Shown here one piece after another: positions 5,431-14,953 of a stretch of 55,443 nucleotides of DNA. The stretch lies in the IMG/VR virus record IMGVR_UViG_3300023202_000273, positions 1-55,443 of that record. One strand, given 5' to 3'. The DNA is from a virus (Duplodnaviria > Caudoviricetes). The translations under genes and the position numbers were made by a program. The stretch's first letter is position 1, and every line of letters begins with the position of its first letter. Under the pieces are notes generated by a model. The model was not told the DNA's origin. It searched no databases and worked only from the letters and a program-made list of their open reading frames with translations.

Positions 5431-7509
5431 TTAAATCTCCGTATCAACCAGTCCCGCATTAGCTGCAGTGATACCAGTATTTTTTCCAGTTTTTTCACTC
5501 CGTAGCCTTTCTCTCAATTTTGTTTTTTCCGGGCTGTAAGGCTTTACCGCCTCTGGCCCGAACAGCTCCTGCATGTCCTGCAATTGTGTGACAACGTGAC
5601 ATAGGCCAATCGCCAGAGGATACCCCGGCACCGGTTTGCGGTTTTGGATATACCACTCCCGGAGCTGTCGATCGTGCTCCTCGCAGCTATAGTGTACTTT
5701 TATCCTTTTTTCGGCGAATAGCTTTTGCGTCAGCATTACCCCGCCTGCGTCGTTGTGCTTGGGGTTGCGCTTTGGCCGCACACCGGTCTTGCGCATCTGC
5801 CTGACCATATCCTGCATGCCCGAAAACAGTGTATGGTTGCCGATGATCATCCCAACGTACGGGCTGCTCTGCTGTGGCGATAACGACACCTGGGCGTGCG
5901 TCCTGATAGTGTGGGCCAGCTCATGCGGAGTCGGGGTCGGGTGCACTGACTCGGCGTATATCCTCAACTCACGGCGCCGTTTGCTCCAGTAATAATGCCC
6001 GCAATGGAGACTGTTGTCCGGCTCCCGTATAATCGTCACGAATACCATCACGTTTGCCGGCTTTACCCGGTCCCACGCGATGTCCGCACCGTACCGCATG
6101 TCGACATCCGTCGAGATGTACGTCGGCCATACACGCTCGACTTCGGTTTTGCTCGTAAATGCCAGCACCAGCGAGTCCGCCCTGTCCGGCGACTGACCGT
6201 ACTCTTTTTTGTAATCACTCTTTGGCAATATCCGGTCGCGACCCTTGCTGTCCACGCCAAATTTGCGGCTGGACAACTCCTCAGCCAGATAATCACTGTC
6301 CTCGTCATTTGGTAGCTGGATATACGGCATGGCATCTCTCAGCTCTGCCCACATCGTGGTTATGTTGTCGTGGTAGTCCTCAGTCCCCGCAGCACCGAAC
6401 GTGACCGGCACCACCCGGATATTGTCGTCACGGTTGCGCTGCAGGGCGTCCACAACACCTGCGCCGTATCCCCCGGTCGCATCTATTTTGATGTCTACCC
6501 GGTGACGCGACATGGTCCTCAGACGGTATTTGCGCAGCTCTTGCTTTATAAGCTCTACCGTCTGATCGGTATCTGACCGATCGAGGTGCGCCTGTGGGTA
6601 CACATGATTGCCGATACGCGTAGTTACTACAGTCAGATCGTCTCCAAACCGGGCACAGTCAACTCCCATTTCTAACCGCCCGCTCTCTTCAACCTCTCGG
6701 TGACGTGCCGCCTCGACTGCGGCGAGCGATATAAAAGCATCGGGGTTGCCCTTGGGAGCCATCCCGAGCACGCGCACACGATAAATGTCGCTCGATTTGC
6801 CGTATCTGCGAGCGATGCGATAGCAGTACTCCTTTTTGACCAGCGGGCTCGTCTCCGAGCTAAATCTCAGATTTTTCCAAAACTCCTTGTCGCGGTTGAA
6901 CGTGTCATGCACGTAACCGATGATCGTCGTGTGCTGACCGGCTATCAGGATCCGGTTGTCCTCCTCGGTCAGCGACCCCTCGATCGTCTCCCACACCAGC
7001 GGATCGGTGATCCCAAACGCCTCGTCGACTATCCACAGTAGGTGCGTGGCGTGAAAACCCTGAACATTGTCCGGCTTTTTTGGCGATCGCGCCCGGATAT
7101 GGTTGCTGGTTTTTTGTCCTTTGACATATATCTCATCAGCCCCTGTGTGATACATCGATGCCAGCCGACTCATCGGGATCCACCGCTTAAACTCCGGCCA
7201 CAAGATATCGTACAGTTGATGGTACGTCGGCGCCAAGCACGGCACCTTGACCAGATGCCCCAGCGTATTGCGGCGTGTCGTCGTATACCACATACCGATC
7301 CATGCTTTCGCAGTAGACTTACCACTGCCGTGACCGCTCTCACACGACACGCGGTTGTACTGCGCGATCGCATTCGCCATCGATTTCTGGTCTGCAGTCA
7401 TCTCCAAGCCATGGATGTATTTACGCGCAGGCCAGATGATCTGGTCACTGATAAACTCCACCGGGCGGTCATGGTAGTAGCAAAGCGCGTCAGCGTCCAG
7501 CAGGGCCAT
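5431..7509 (-). CDS. terL: Terminase large subunit with C-terminal extension
   Basis: Walker A SGHGSGKST, Walker B IVDEA, nuclease motifs GVDCARFGDD, IDATG and SPDRADS. Confidence 0.92.
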   Translation of the reverse strand: MALLDADALCYYHDRPVEFISDQIIWPARKYIHGLEMTADQKSMANAIAQYNRVSCESGHGSGKSTAKAWIGMWYTTTRRNTLGHLVKVPCLAPTYHQLYDILWPEFKRWIPMSRLASMYHTGADEIYVKGQKTSNHIRARSPKKPDNVQGFHATHLLWIVDEAFGITDPLVWETIEGSLTEEDNRILIAGQHTTIIGYVHDTFNRDKEFWKNLRFSSETSPLVKKEYCYRIARRYGKSSDIYRVRVLGMAPKGNPDAFISLAAVEAARHREVEESGRLEMGVDCARFGDDLTVVTTRIGNHVYPQAHLDRSDTDQTVELIKQELRKYRLRTMSRHRVDIKIDATGGYGAGVVDALQRNRDDNIRVVPVTFGAAGTEDYHDNITTMWAELRDAMPYIQLPNDEDSDYLAEELSSRKFGVDSKGRDRILPKSDYKKEYGQSPDRADSLVLAFTSKTEVERVWPTYISTDVDMRYGADIAWDRVKPANVMVFVTIIREPDNSLHCGHYYWSKRRRELRIYAESVHPTPTPHELAHTIRTHAQVSLSPQQSSPYVGMIIGNHTLFSGMQDMVRQMRKTGVRPKRNPKHNDAGGVMLTQKLFAEKRIKVHYSCEEHDRQLREWYIQNRKPVPGYPLAIGLCHVVTQLQDMQELFGPEAVKPYSPEKTKLRERLRSEKTGKNTGITAANAGLVDTEI

Positions 7510-7684
7510 TATCGTTCATCTTCAGTTTTTTGATCGTTTCGGATTTGTACTAAACCGGAATATCCCGGCACTTTTAGTAGCTGATTCCGACTATTTATTA
7601 TTTTTGATCGTTTTTTATGCGTTCCTGAGCCTGCCCGGCAGCGTTTTGATGGCCAGCTCTGGCTTTTCGACCGTATTTGAGAGC

Positions 7685-8014
7685 TTATTCATTTCCCACA
7701 TCATCGAATAGGCACGCCTGCAGGCTATCTGCAGTGGTTTTGCCGTCGCTGACTGGCATGCCGCCGTTCAGCATCGTCGTAAACCGGTGTGACTGGTATT
7801 TGGGCTCGCGAAGCTGCACCTCGTAGCTGACATTACCAGCATCCCGCGCCTGTGGGTCAGGGGGATATACTGTGATTTTTGCGGTCAGCTCTACTTTTTG
7901 GTCCTGCTCGCTGGCGATTCGGTGTGCACGCAAAAAGTCTACCTGCATCCTGGCGTCAAAATGTCCACGCCCGATCTCTGTGTATCGCAGCGGCTGCATA
8001 TCCTCTACACTCAT
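7685..8014 (-). CDS. Hypothetical protein
   Basis: GGAGG RBS; translationally coupled to the upstream gene. Confidence 0.6.
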   Translation of the reverse strand: MSVEDMQPLRYTEIGRGHFDARMQVDFLRAHRIASEQDQKVELTAKITVYPPDPQARDAGNVSYEVQLREPKYQSHRFTTMLNGGMPVSDGKTTADSLQACLFDDVGNE

Positions 8015-8454
8015 CCTGCCTCCTGTTTACGGTAAATTCCAAGCATTTTACGCCGTTTTTCGTATGCGGCGTTGCACTCAGCGTCCTGGTCTGCATCGGC
8101 GTCCTGCTGCTGATCCATAAGGCCGCATAAATCGATGTATTTCTGGATAGCCGCCAGTGAGTACTGGGGCCGATTGTCCTCGATGTGAGATTTGATTTTA
8201 CTCAGCACATTTTCCCGCGTCAGGCCGATACGGGCGAACTGGCTCTCCATCGTCTGGGAGACGACTTTATCCAGCAGTTCGGCGCCAGCGATGCCTTTGC
8301 GCCAGTTACCTTTCTGGCTGTGCAGCTTTATCGCATTTATCGTCGGCGCCTTAAGACCAGACTTTTCTAAGACTTTTCGTATGCCGTAATACGTGTAACG
8401 CCCTGATTCGTACAGAGTTCGGATGATCTGCCACTGATCTGTGGTGTAATGCAT
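8011..8454 (-). CDS. Probable terminase small subunit (N-terminal HTH)
   Basis: W..IRTLYESG...KGNW pattern, LTRENVL segment, position upstream of terL. Confidence 0.6.
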   Translation of the reverse strand: MHYTTDQWQIIRTLYESGRYTYYGIRKVLEKSGLKAPTINAIKLHSQKGNWRKGIAGAELLDKVVSQTMESQFARIGLTRENVLSKIKSHIEDNRPQYSLAAIQKYIDLCGLMDQQQDADADQDAECNAAYEKRRKMLGIYRKQEAG

Positions 8455-8497
8455 TGATACCTCCTGGTCGTCGATGACCTATCACTGTCAATATATA

Positions 8498-8776
8498 TCA
8501 CTGTGGCGGACGTGTCATAGGGTCGTACCATCCACACCCGTCGCATACCAGTGTCTCTCCCCGGTCCTGCCCGCAGTTACAGCATATGCCGCGCTCAAAT
8601 GGCTTAATCTTGCACGATACGGCGTTTATGTCCACTTGGTATACGTGTATATCTGGCTTCGGGGCTGCCCCACGGCGCATCATCGGTAGTAACAATCCCC
8701 AGTGTCTATACCCGTACATGCTGGGCACCCACAGTTTGCCCGGCGTTGGCACTCCCGCTCCATTGGAGATTGACAA
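8498..8776 (-). CDS. Hypothetical protein with C-terminal zinc ribbon
   Basis: CCNC...CDGC; co-oriented with neighbours. Confidence 0.45.
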   Translation of the reverse strand: MSISNGAGVPTPGKLWVPSMYGYRHWGLLLPMMRRGAAPKPDIHVYQVDINAVSCKIKPFERGICCNCGQDRGETLVCDGCGWYDPMTRPPQ

Positions 8777-8912
8777 GTAACCCCCACGGCAATCGCGATA
8801 TCGCGCCCGGCCACATGCACCGACATGCCGGATATCTGATCCCCAGACATCCGGGTCGACACCCTGTCGATATCCAGATACTCGTACTGGCCACCACGAC
8901 TATACGCTCCCA

Positions 8913-9344
8913 TCAATCCCCCCCCGCGCTGGCACGTTGTCGATATAACGCTGACTCACATGCCAATATCATCGTATCGATGCCTGCATGTAGATCGGGA
9001 AGCTCGTCCCGCGCCGGCCCGGTTACCCGGGGAGCCAACTCGTTAACCGCCTCCCGCAGCAGTTTACCAGTTTGCATCAGCGCGGTCAAGCACTGAGATA
9101 CATCTGCCGTGCGATAATAAGACAGAGCGTCGCCCTCAGCGGTCGTGGTGTTGATTTTTGGCATACTGGATCCTCGGCTAATGGTTACATCCAAACATGT
9201 GGTCAACGGATTCCACCGGCGGTACACCTGATCACAACCAGTGCATACCCAGTCGCCATCACGCATCTGGGCAATTGTGTGCCTGATTATTCCGTCAGCG
9301 CCGGTGCATGTCATCTGCACACCCGGCGCTGGCAGTGCGGGCAC
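8913..9344 (-). CDS. Hypothetical protein (start uncertain)
   Basis: ORF within a tightly packed - strand operon. Confidence 0.45.
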   Translation of the reverse strand: MPALPAPGVQMTCTGADGIIRHTIAQMRDGDWVCTGCDQVYRRWNPLTTCLDVTISRGSSMPKINTTTAEGDALSYYRTADVSQCLTALMQTGKLLREAVNELAPRVTGPARDELPDLHAGIDTMILACESALYRQRASAGGD

Positions 9345-9496
9345 CTCTCATACTCTCGGCTGGTCATATGCCCACACGAGGTGACATAATAACCGCCGCG
9401 GTCATCATGAGCACACCGATACCCATGAGATAACAAAGCGAAGGCGGTCGATATTCCGGCCGCCAGCGCCACCACCAAAACGATAGCCCAAATCAA
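9311..9496 (-). CDS. Small membrane-anchored Cys-rich protein
   Basis: N-terminal hydrophobic helix and CPHC; overlaps the ssb stop. Confidence 0.5.
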   Translation of the reverse strand: MIWAIVLVVALAAGISTAFALLSHGYRCAHDDRGGYYVTSCGHMTSREYERCPHCQRRVCR

Positions 9497-10011
9497 AACG
9501 GTAACGTATCGCCGTACTGATCACCCGGCGCCTGCTGAGGTGCATGTTGAGGCGGTGCATACTGGGGCGCCTGCTGCTGAGGTGCCTGCTGCTGGGGCGG
9601 GACATACTGCTGCTGGGCCTGCTGCGGCGGTGCCTGATTGTACTGCGGGCCATTGTCGTGCTGACGAGCGTGACCATACTGCTGGTCACCACCCTGCGGG
9701 CCCGCCGGGTCGACAAAAATATCTGCGATTACGATGTCAGTAGTTTTGACTGTCTGCCCGGCACGATTGGTGTACTCGCCCTGAGACAGGGAGCCGTGCA
9801 CCGACACCTTTTGACCCTTGCGCAGCGCCTGTACGCGCTCCACCACGTACGGCTTCCATGCGACGCAGTTCATGTAGACTGTCTTCTCCTGCATGTTACC
9901 TTGACGGTCTTTGTACCGGCTGTTGTTGGCAACGGATATTTTGAGCCCGCTGCCAACCGGCTGTGGGTCGCCGGTTAAATATCCGTCAAAAAACAAGGTG
10001 TTGCCATACAT
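9493..10011 (-). CDS. ssb: Single-stranded DNA-binding protein
   Basis: GYLTGDP...NCVAW...LRKGQKVSVHGSL OB fold, Q/P-rich linker and DTLPF tail. Confidence 0.95.
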   Translation of the reverse strand: MYGNTLFFDGYLTGDPQPVGSGLKISVANNSRYKDRQGNMQEKTVYMNCVAWKPYVVERVQALRKGQKVSVHGSLSQGEYTNRAGQTVKTTDIVIADIFVDPAGPQGGDQQYGHARQHDNGPQYNQAPPQQAQQQYVPPQQQAPQQQAPQYAPPQHAPQQAPGDQYGDTLPF

Positions 10012-10106
10012 TTTGGCCTCCTCAGTGATATATGTGGTGCACGGCCTGTATACCGTACAATAGTGCCATGATTATTATTGACAGTGTCACCGCGATAGCG
10101 ATCGAT

Positions 10107-10283
10107 CTACTCGGCACGACGACGGCCCCTGATGACTTTCGCATTTTCCGGTATATCCCACCGCATGATCATCCGGTCTTGGTCTATGATGCGCCGTGCG
10201 TCTGGGATGCGCCCGCGTTTGAGCTGACTATACACCCACTGTCTGGTACACCCCTGCGACGATGCATATTCCTCGACTCTCAT
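10107..10283 (-). CDS. Small HTH (excisionase-like) DNA-binding protein
   Basis: MRVEEYASSQGCTRQWVYSQLKRGRIP. ATG lies 6 nt after the -10 box, so the mRNA may be leaderless. Confidence 0.65.
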   Translation of the reverse strand: MRVEEYASSQGCTRQWVYSQLKRGRIPDARRIIDQDRMIMRWDIPENAKVIRGRRRAE

Positions 10284-10289
10284 AATGAT

Positions 10290-10318
10290 AATATAACATA
10301 TAATGTTGTCACATGCAA
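10290..10318 (-). promoter_or_regulatory. Sigma70-type promoter
   Basis: TTGCAT-17 nt-TATATT. Confidence 0.6.
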
Positions 10319-10341
10319 CACATAATTCGTAAGGGGTAGCA

Positions 10342-10815
10342 TTACCACCATTTATTTTTCCCGTTTTGCACGAAATGGTTTGCGCCGACGCGGAACGTGT
10401 GGGCAATATCGTGCAGGTAGTATTTGTCCAATTTGCACAACATTCCCCCCAGCGTTATTAGCTCAGTATGCACTGCCTCACCATAGGCCCGGATTATATG
10501 CTGCGCGTGCAGAGTCTCTTCTCCCTTGCCGTAGTCATTGCAGCGTGGGCACTGGGCGTGCGCATTTTGGTGGTGATACCTGACAGCCAATTTGTTGCGC
10601 TTTTGCCAATGCCCGCACTGCATCTGGGCGTGGCGCTTTATCGCCCCGCAGGTAACGCATCTGGCGCAATCGCTGCCAACCGAGTCCCTCAGTCGAATAT
10701 ACCGAGAAAACCACCGGTCTGCATTGTCGATGAGTGTTTTGTGGCTTTGGGCTTTACTGATTTTCCTTGGGTTTTCGATGATCTCGATCGCCCCGATTCG
10801 GATTGGATTCCGCAT
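10342..10815 (-). CDS. ninG: NinG/Rap-like recombination endonuclease
   Basis: FSRYIRLRD, CVTCG, QCGHW and NAHAQCPRCN motifs. Confidence 0.88.
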   Translation of the reverse strand: MRNPIRIGAIEIIENPRKISKAQSHKTLIDNADRWFSRYIRLRDSVGSDCARCVTCGAIKRHAQMQCGHWQKRNKLAVRYHHQNAHAQCPRCNDYGKGEETLHAQHIIRAYGEAVHTELITLGGMLCKLDKYYLHDIAHTFRVGANHFVQNGKNKWW

Positions 10816-11018
10816 AGCTTCGACTCCCTCTGATCCCAGATCGGCTCAAAATGTATCTGCCGGCGGTCCAGCGCACTGAGGCATTCGGCGATGGATTTAC
10901 CGTGCAATATGTTTTCTATTTTGTCTACCGTGCACCGGTCGCATAACTGCTTATCTATGTCAAAAGATATTTCAAATTTACCGTACACCTCTGAGTCACA
11001 CTCAAATGCTATCCTCAC
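10689..11018 (-). CDS. Hypothetical protein
   Basis: ORF in operon; overlaps the ninG start. Confidence 0.4.
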   Translation of the reverse strand: MRIAFECDSEVYGKFEISFDIDKQLCDRCTVDKIENILHGKSIAECLSALDRRQIHFEPIWDQRESKLCGIQSESGRSRSSKTQGKSVKPKATKHSSTMQTGGFLGIFD

Positions 11019-11169
11019 CGTTTTCTCCGTTTCACTTTTTTGTCTTTAACGTCGGTTATGTCTTCCAACTCATCGTACATTTGGTCTGTCACCGTTATGT
11101 CGCTGACGCATGGGATAATGATCTGCCCGCCAGTTTTTCGCCGGTAAACGCGGTAGTATTTTAATTTTT

Positions 11170-12888
11170 TCAAAACCCCGCGTCCTCGATCTCGTTGTAC
11201 ACGCCACCCTCTGCACTCCACCGGAACTGGACGTTGCCACGTTTGCCAAACCAGCGAAATTTTATTTTTTGGACATGTGCGATCGTTTTTTCCGCGTCGA
11301 AGTCTCGGTATATTGATATCCCAACATCAGCTTTGTTATACCAATGGGCAGACGACGATATGTCGTATAGTGACGGGATCGGATATTTTCGTGCCCGAGG
11401 ATCTCGACGCATTTTCATGGGGTGCGCGACGACGATAACGCATTTATTTCTTTTCCGGGCGAACCGGCGCAGCCTGCTGAGGCACTGACCGATATATTCG
11501 GTCTCGCTCAGTCTGTCCGGATTATAAACCTCCACCTCGTTCCACGGGTCCACCAAGAGGCCATCGGCATCACCCACTGCGTCAAATATCGAGTCCAGTG
11601 TAATGCCATTCGAATCGTCGTCAGGCTCACCCAAAAAACTGAAATGGTCAGCAGACCAGTGTATCGATCGCTCGATTAGGTCCGGTTTATTATACAGGCT
11701 CTCACGCCAGTATTTCTCCGCGAGCAGATGCTGGTGGACCTCAAAAGGATAATTCTCGGGGCTGTATACATCCCACCTCCAGCCATGTTTTTTTGATAAA
11801 AGGACCATTATCTCGTCCACAAACGTGGATTTTCCGTGGCTCGGGATCCCGGTGACGATGTGCAAATATCCTTTTGCCCACCTGACATGCTCATCGAGCT
11901 GCTCATGCAGGCCGGTACGGCAACCGCGTTTGCGCGGCATCCGGTAGTACTGCCTGACGCCGTCGGCGATATCGATGGCCGTCGCGACCCTGACCGGTCC
12001 AGTCTTTTTCGGCGATGGCTTTGGATCCGGCTTTACCCCATAGCCACGATCGGATAACGCCATCGCCGCGGCCCGGAAATCGCCGTTGTGCTCCAAAATG
12101 GCATACACCGCAGCCGGACTGTAGGACCGGTCGCAGTCGAATTCGGTCGAGCTTGTAAAGACATAAAATCGTCCCGGGATTGCTCCAAATGTCGCTGATA
12201 TACCGGCTCGCTTGTCAGGCCTCCTCAGAGCCGTTATACCGCCTCGTCGCACTATACCCCACCCGTGGGACTCCAGCAACGAGATCGTGGATTCTGCGGC
12301 TTCGCTCGCAGCGTTGTAGGCATTCAGGGGGCTTTTATCGTCGTGGTCGCCCAGATGGTGCTGGATCTCGGGCCTCTCGTAGCAATTATAGCTGCGTGCG
12401 GTCTCAAGCATCGCGTCGACAGTCTCTGCCGGGAGCGGTCGCAGTGTCCTGATATCGCCGTAGGTCGCCTCGTACCCATCAGACGGTGCCACCAAAAAAT
12501 ATCCGCCCTCGCCACGGGTCTCGATCAACACCGTGTGCTTGTCGCGTTTGGCCAGCACCTCGTTGCGGACCGATCGATACCCCGCCGGCAAGCGAAAAAC
12601 AACATGCGCACCACCAGACTGGGTCCGTTGCATGTAACACCCGGTCAGATCCACCCCGCATGAGTGTGACCAGTCCCGGTAACATTCACCCTGTTGGTCG
12701 AAATCGATGCACACCAGCCGCCCTGATACCTCGCCGCCGACGACCGCGATCGGATAGGACCATGCGCTGTACTCGTGCCTGGCGGGGATCCTGGACTGGT
12801 ATCGCTGCCAATCCACCGTCGGCCGCTTTGTGTGTGCCGCAACCGGGATCACTGACAGGCCCGATTTTATCAGCGTCGATATATCCAT
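11170..12888 (-). CDS. Bifunctional primase-polymerase fused to an SF4 (DnaB/Twinkle-like) helicase
   Basis: SVIPV..KRP, CIDFD, TQSGGAH and ETRGEGGY in the N-terminus; TGIPSHGKS, LLVDPW, VVAHP and SSAHW in the C-terminus. Start at MDIST (12888). Confidence 0.88.
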   Translation of the reverse strand: MDISTLIKSGLSVIPVAAHTKRPTVDWQRYQSRIPARHEYSAWSYPIAVVGGEVSGRLVCIDFDQQGECYRDWSHSCGVDLTGCYMQRTQSGGAHVVFRLPAGYRSVRNEVLAKRDKHTVLIETRGEGGYFLVAPSDGYEATYGDIRTLRPLPAETVDAMLETARSYNCYERPEIQHHLGDHDDKSPLNAYNAASEAAESTISLLESHGWGIVRRGGITALRRPDKRAGISATFGAIPGRFYVFTSSTEFDCDRSYSPAAVYAILEHNGDFRAAAMALSDRGYGVKPDPKPSPKKTGPVRVATAIDIADGVRQYYRMPRKRGCRTGLHEQLDEHVRWAKGYLHIVTGIPSHGKSTFVDEIMVLLSKKHGWRWDVYSPENYPFEVHQHLLAEKYWRESLYNKPDLIERSIHWSADHFSFLGEPDDDSNGITLDSIFDAVGDADGLLVDPWNEVEVYNPDRLSETEYIGQCLSRLRRFARKRNKCVIVVAHPMKMRRDPRARKYPIPSLYDISSSAHWYNKADVGISIYRDFDAEKTIAHVQKIKFRWFGKRGNVQFRWSAEGGVYNEIEDAGF

Positions 12889-13169
12889 CAGTCCCCCACC
12901 GATTGTTTGCCGCGGTGCCACGCCCGGAAATCCTCGTGCTCCCGAAAAACCCGCATAAAATGCGCGATCGCGGGGAAAGGACATTGCGCTGTCGGCGAAA
13001 AAGTCGTTATGACCTCATCGCACAGAGCCCGTAGCAACGGGTCGTAGACGATCTCACGCATAAAAATCTCGAGATATATCTCCGCCTGCTCCGGCGACAG
13101 GCCCGCCCTGTACAGCGTCGCCATACGCCTGATCTGGTGAGCCAAACTCTCCCGGGTGATTTTTTCCAT
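12888..13169 (-). CDS. Possible helicase loader/inhibitor-like protein
   Basis: Lies between initiator and helicase; FPAIA motif; GGAGG RBS. Confidence 0.45.
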   Translation of the reverse strand: MEKITRESLAHQIRRMATLYRAGLSPEQAEIYLEIFMREIVYDPLLRALCDEVITTFSPTAQCPFPAIAHFMRVFREHEDFRAWHRGKQSVGD

Positions 13170-13944
13170 TTCTGCCCTCCATGAATTTGTTTAACGAGTC
13201 ATCTATCTCAGATTCGGAATATCCGTTTGCCTGCCACTCTGACCGGTCATCCTCCCACCGGCCAGCGTTAAACCATGTCGCCGGGTGCGGGATAAATTTC
13301 CGGTCACTGCCAGCGACGGACCGCGAGTACTCCTCGACCGCGGCAAGCAAGGAATCGTAATCGATTTTCAGGAGTGATTTTTTTATCGCCCTCATTGCGG
13401 AGGTCTTTCCGATTTTCCTGGGGTATGCCTGATAAATCGATTCAATTTTTTTATCGTCCCCATGGGGACTATAGGGGTTTTTATTCTTTCCTTTTCTTTC
13501 CTTTACTTTAGGGGCTTTTCTGCGATTAACCACAGATGTTCCATCAGTTGTTCGGTTGTTATTCGGCGAATAACTCGATTCCGACCTAACACGGGCGTTT
13601 TTCCTGTCCCGAGACACCGCATCAATCCGTTTTTTTATCCCGTCCGATGTTACGATTTGCGATGTTTCCCACGCATTTTTATCGAATAAATCAACATCAA
13701 CTGCAGTATCAATGATTGCTTTTAGATCATCAAATTTTTTGTTCGTTCGTTTCTCGATAGTTTTTCGCCGAAGAATTGTCGAGAAATCAATCTCGCCTGA
13801 ATCAGTTTTGTAGCACTCGCGCACAATCGTCAGACAAGCCCAACATCCATCGCCCCCATGCATCAGCTCAATTGCCTCCCATTTGTAATCGAGGTTGACA
13901 TCTAAGGGCAAATAGTCCAGCCCAGATTTTCTCGGCCGCGCCAT
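13054..13944 (-). CDS. DUF4373-family replication initiator-like protein
   Basis: MARPRKSGLDYLPLDV, TSDGIKKR, YPRKIGK and FIPHPATWFN motifs. Confidence 0.8.
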   Translation of the reverse strand: MARPRKSGLDYLPLDVNLDYKWEAIELMHGGDGCWACLTIVRECYKTDSGEIDFSTILRRKTIEKRTNKKFDDLKAIIDTAVDVDLFDKNAWETSQIVTSDGIKKRIDAVSRDRKNARVRSESSYSPNNNRTTDGTSVVNRRKAPKVKERKGKNKNPYSPHGDDKKIESIYQAYPRKIGKTSAMRAIKKSLLKIDYDSLLAAVEEYSRSVAGSDRKFIPHPATWFNAGRWEDDRSEWQANGYSESEIDDSLNKFMEGRNGKNHPGEFGSPDQAYGDAVQGGPVAGAGGDISRDFYA

Positions 13945-13946
13945 GG

Positions 13947-14198
13947 TTACCCTACCCGATAGAGTCGTATTTCGCCATCAACTGTACGGCGCCGGAACTC
14001 TTGCCCGCGGCGTCGCATTAAGTTAAACACACATGACGCCTCGATGTCGCTTTTGCAGACATGGTACTCCCCGATCTCGATGTCTGGTGTCGGGTGCACC
14101 GGTTTGCGTCGCACGATAATAGGCAATTTTACCACAAAAAACTCCTTGTAGAGGTTAAAGGATAAAGAAAATATAATAAACATAAATAGATAGCGCAA
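13947..14198 (-). CDS. Hypothetical, possibly DNA-binding (true start probably downstream)
   Basis: ORF directly upstream of the initiator gene. Confidence 0.45.
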   Translation of the reverse strand: MRYLFMFIIFSLSFNLYKEFFVVKLPIIVRRKPVHPTPDIEIGEYHVCKSDIEASCVFNLMRRRGQEFRRRTVDGEIRLYRVG

Positions 14199-14577
14199 AT
14201 AAAATAACTATAATCACGAAATGAGCCTATAATGCACGGCTGTGGATGTCACAGGGGGGTTAATCGGAACCAATGGCGTAAATCAAAACGACATGCAGTG
14301 CACCGCCAAAAATGGCCAGTGGGGCAATATCTGGGAGGAAAAACATTAACGCCCCATACCCAGCAGCCATGGCGGCTGCAAAAATGGTCTTGGCTACCAC
14401 TCGAGGCATATACGATCCAGATATACGATCAGCATGACCACAGCCATGGCTATCGATACCACCGGCTCCGGGCAAACTATACATATCAGCAGTGCGATGT
14501 CCAGCTCCATGGCGATAATATAATAGTAACCCAGACCGCCGTCTTAAAAAAAAGTTTAAAAAAGTTTAACTTAGGGG

Positions 14578-14606
14578 TTGACATAATGTTTGACAAAGGT
14601 TATATT
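14578..14606 (+). promoter_or_regulatory. Sigma70-type early promoter
   Basis: TTGACA-17 nt-TATATT with an A-rich upstream tract, at the strand switch. Confidence 0.75.
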
Positions 14607-14639
14607 ATTACCATGACACACACAAACCGGGAGGTACCG

Positions 14640-14912
14640 ATGCGTTACACCGAAGCAGACACCAAAGTAAAAAAACTGCCCACACGCGAGATTGTGAGAC
14701 TTGCCGGAAAATCGCGTAGATATATCGGCGAACCTCACGGCCAACCGGGCGGCATCGATGTCGATTACTGCATCGCGCATGCTGCTGTATGCCATCTGGT
14801 GCACCATCATCCGCGCTATACACCGTCGCACCGGCTGGCCGATGATAAACTGGCAGCCCGGAAGCCGGGAAGGATTGCAAACCGTAATCCGCTTTTTGCC
14901 GTACCTCAATAA
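14640..14912 (+). CDS. Hypothetical early protein (MRYTEADTK...)
   Basis: GGAGG RBS; 3' part of ORF 14232..14912. Confidence 0.55.
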   Translation: MRYTEADTKVKKLPTREIVRLAGKSRRYIGEPHGQPGGIDVDYCIAHAAVCHLVHHHPRYTPSHRLADDKLAARKPGRIANRNPLFAVPQ

Positions 14913-14953
14913 TCGCAAAAACACCTACCATTATTTACCCAAGGAGGCCATCA

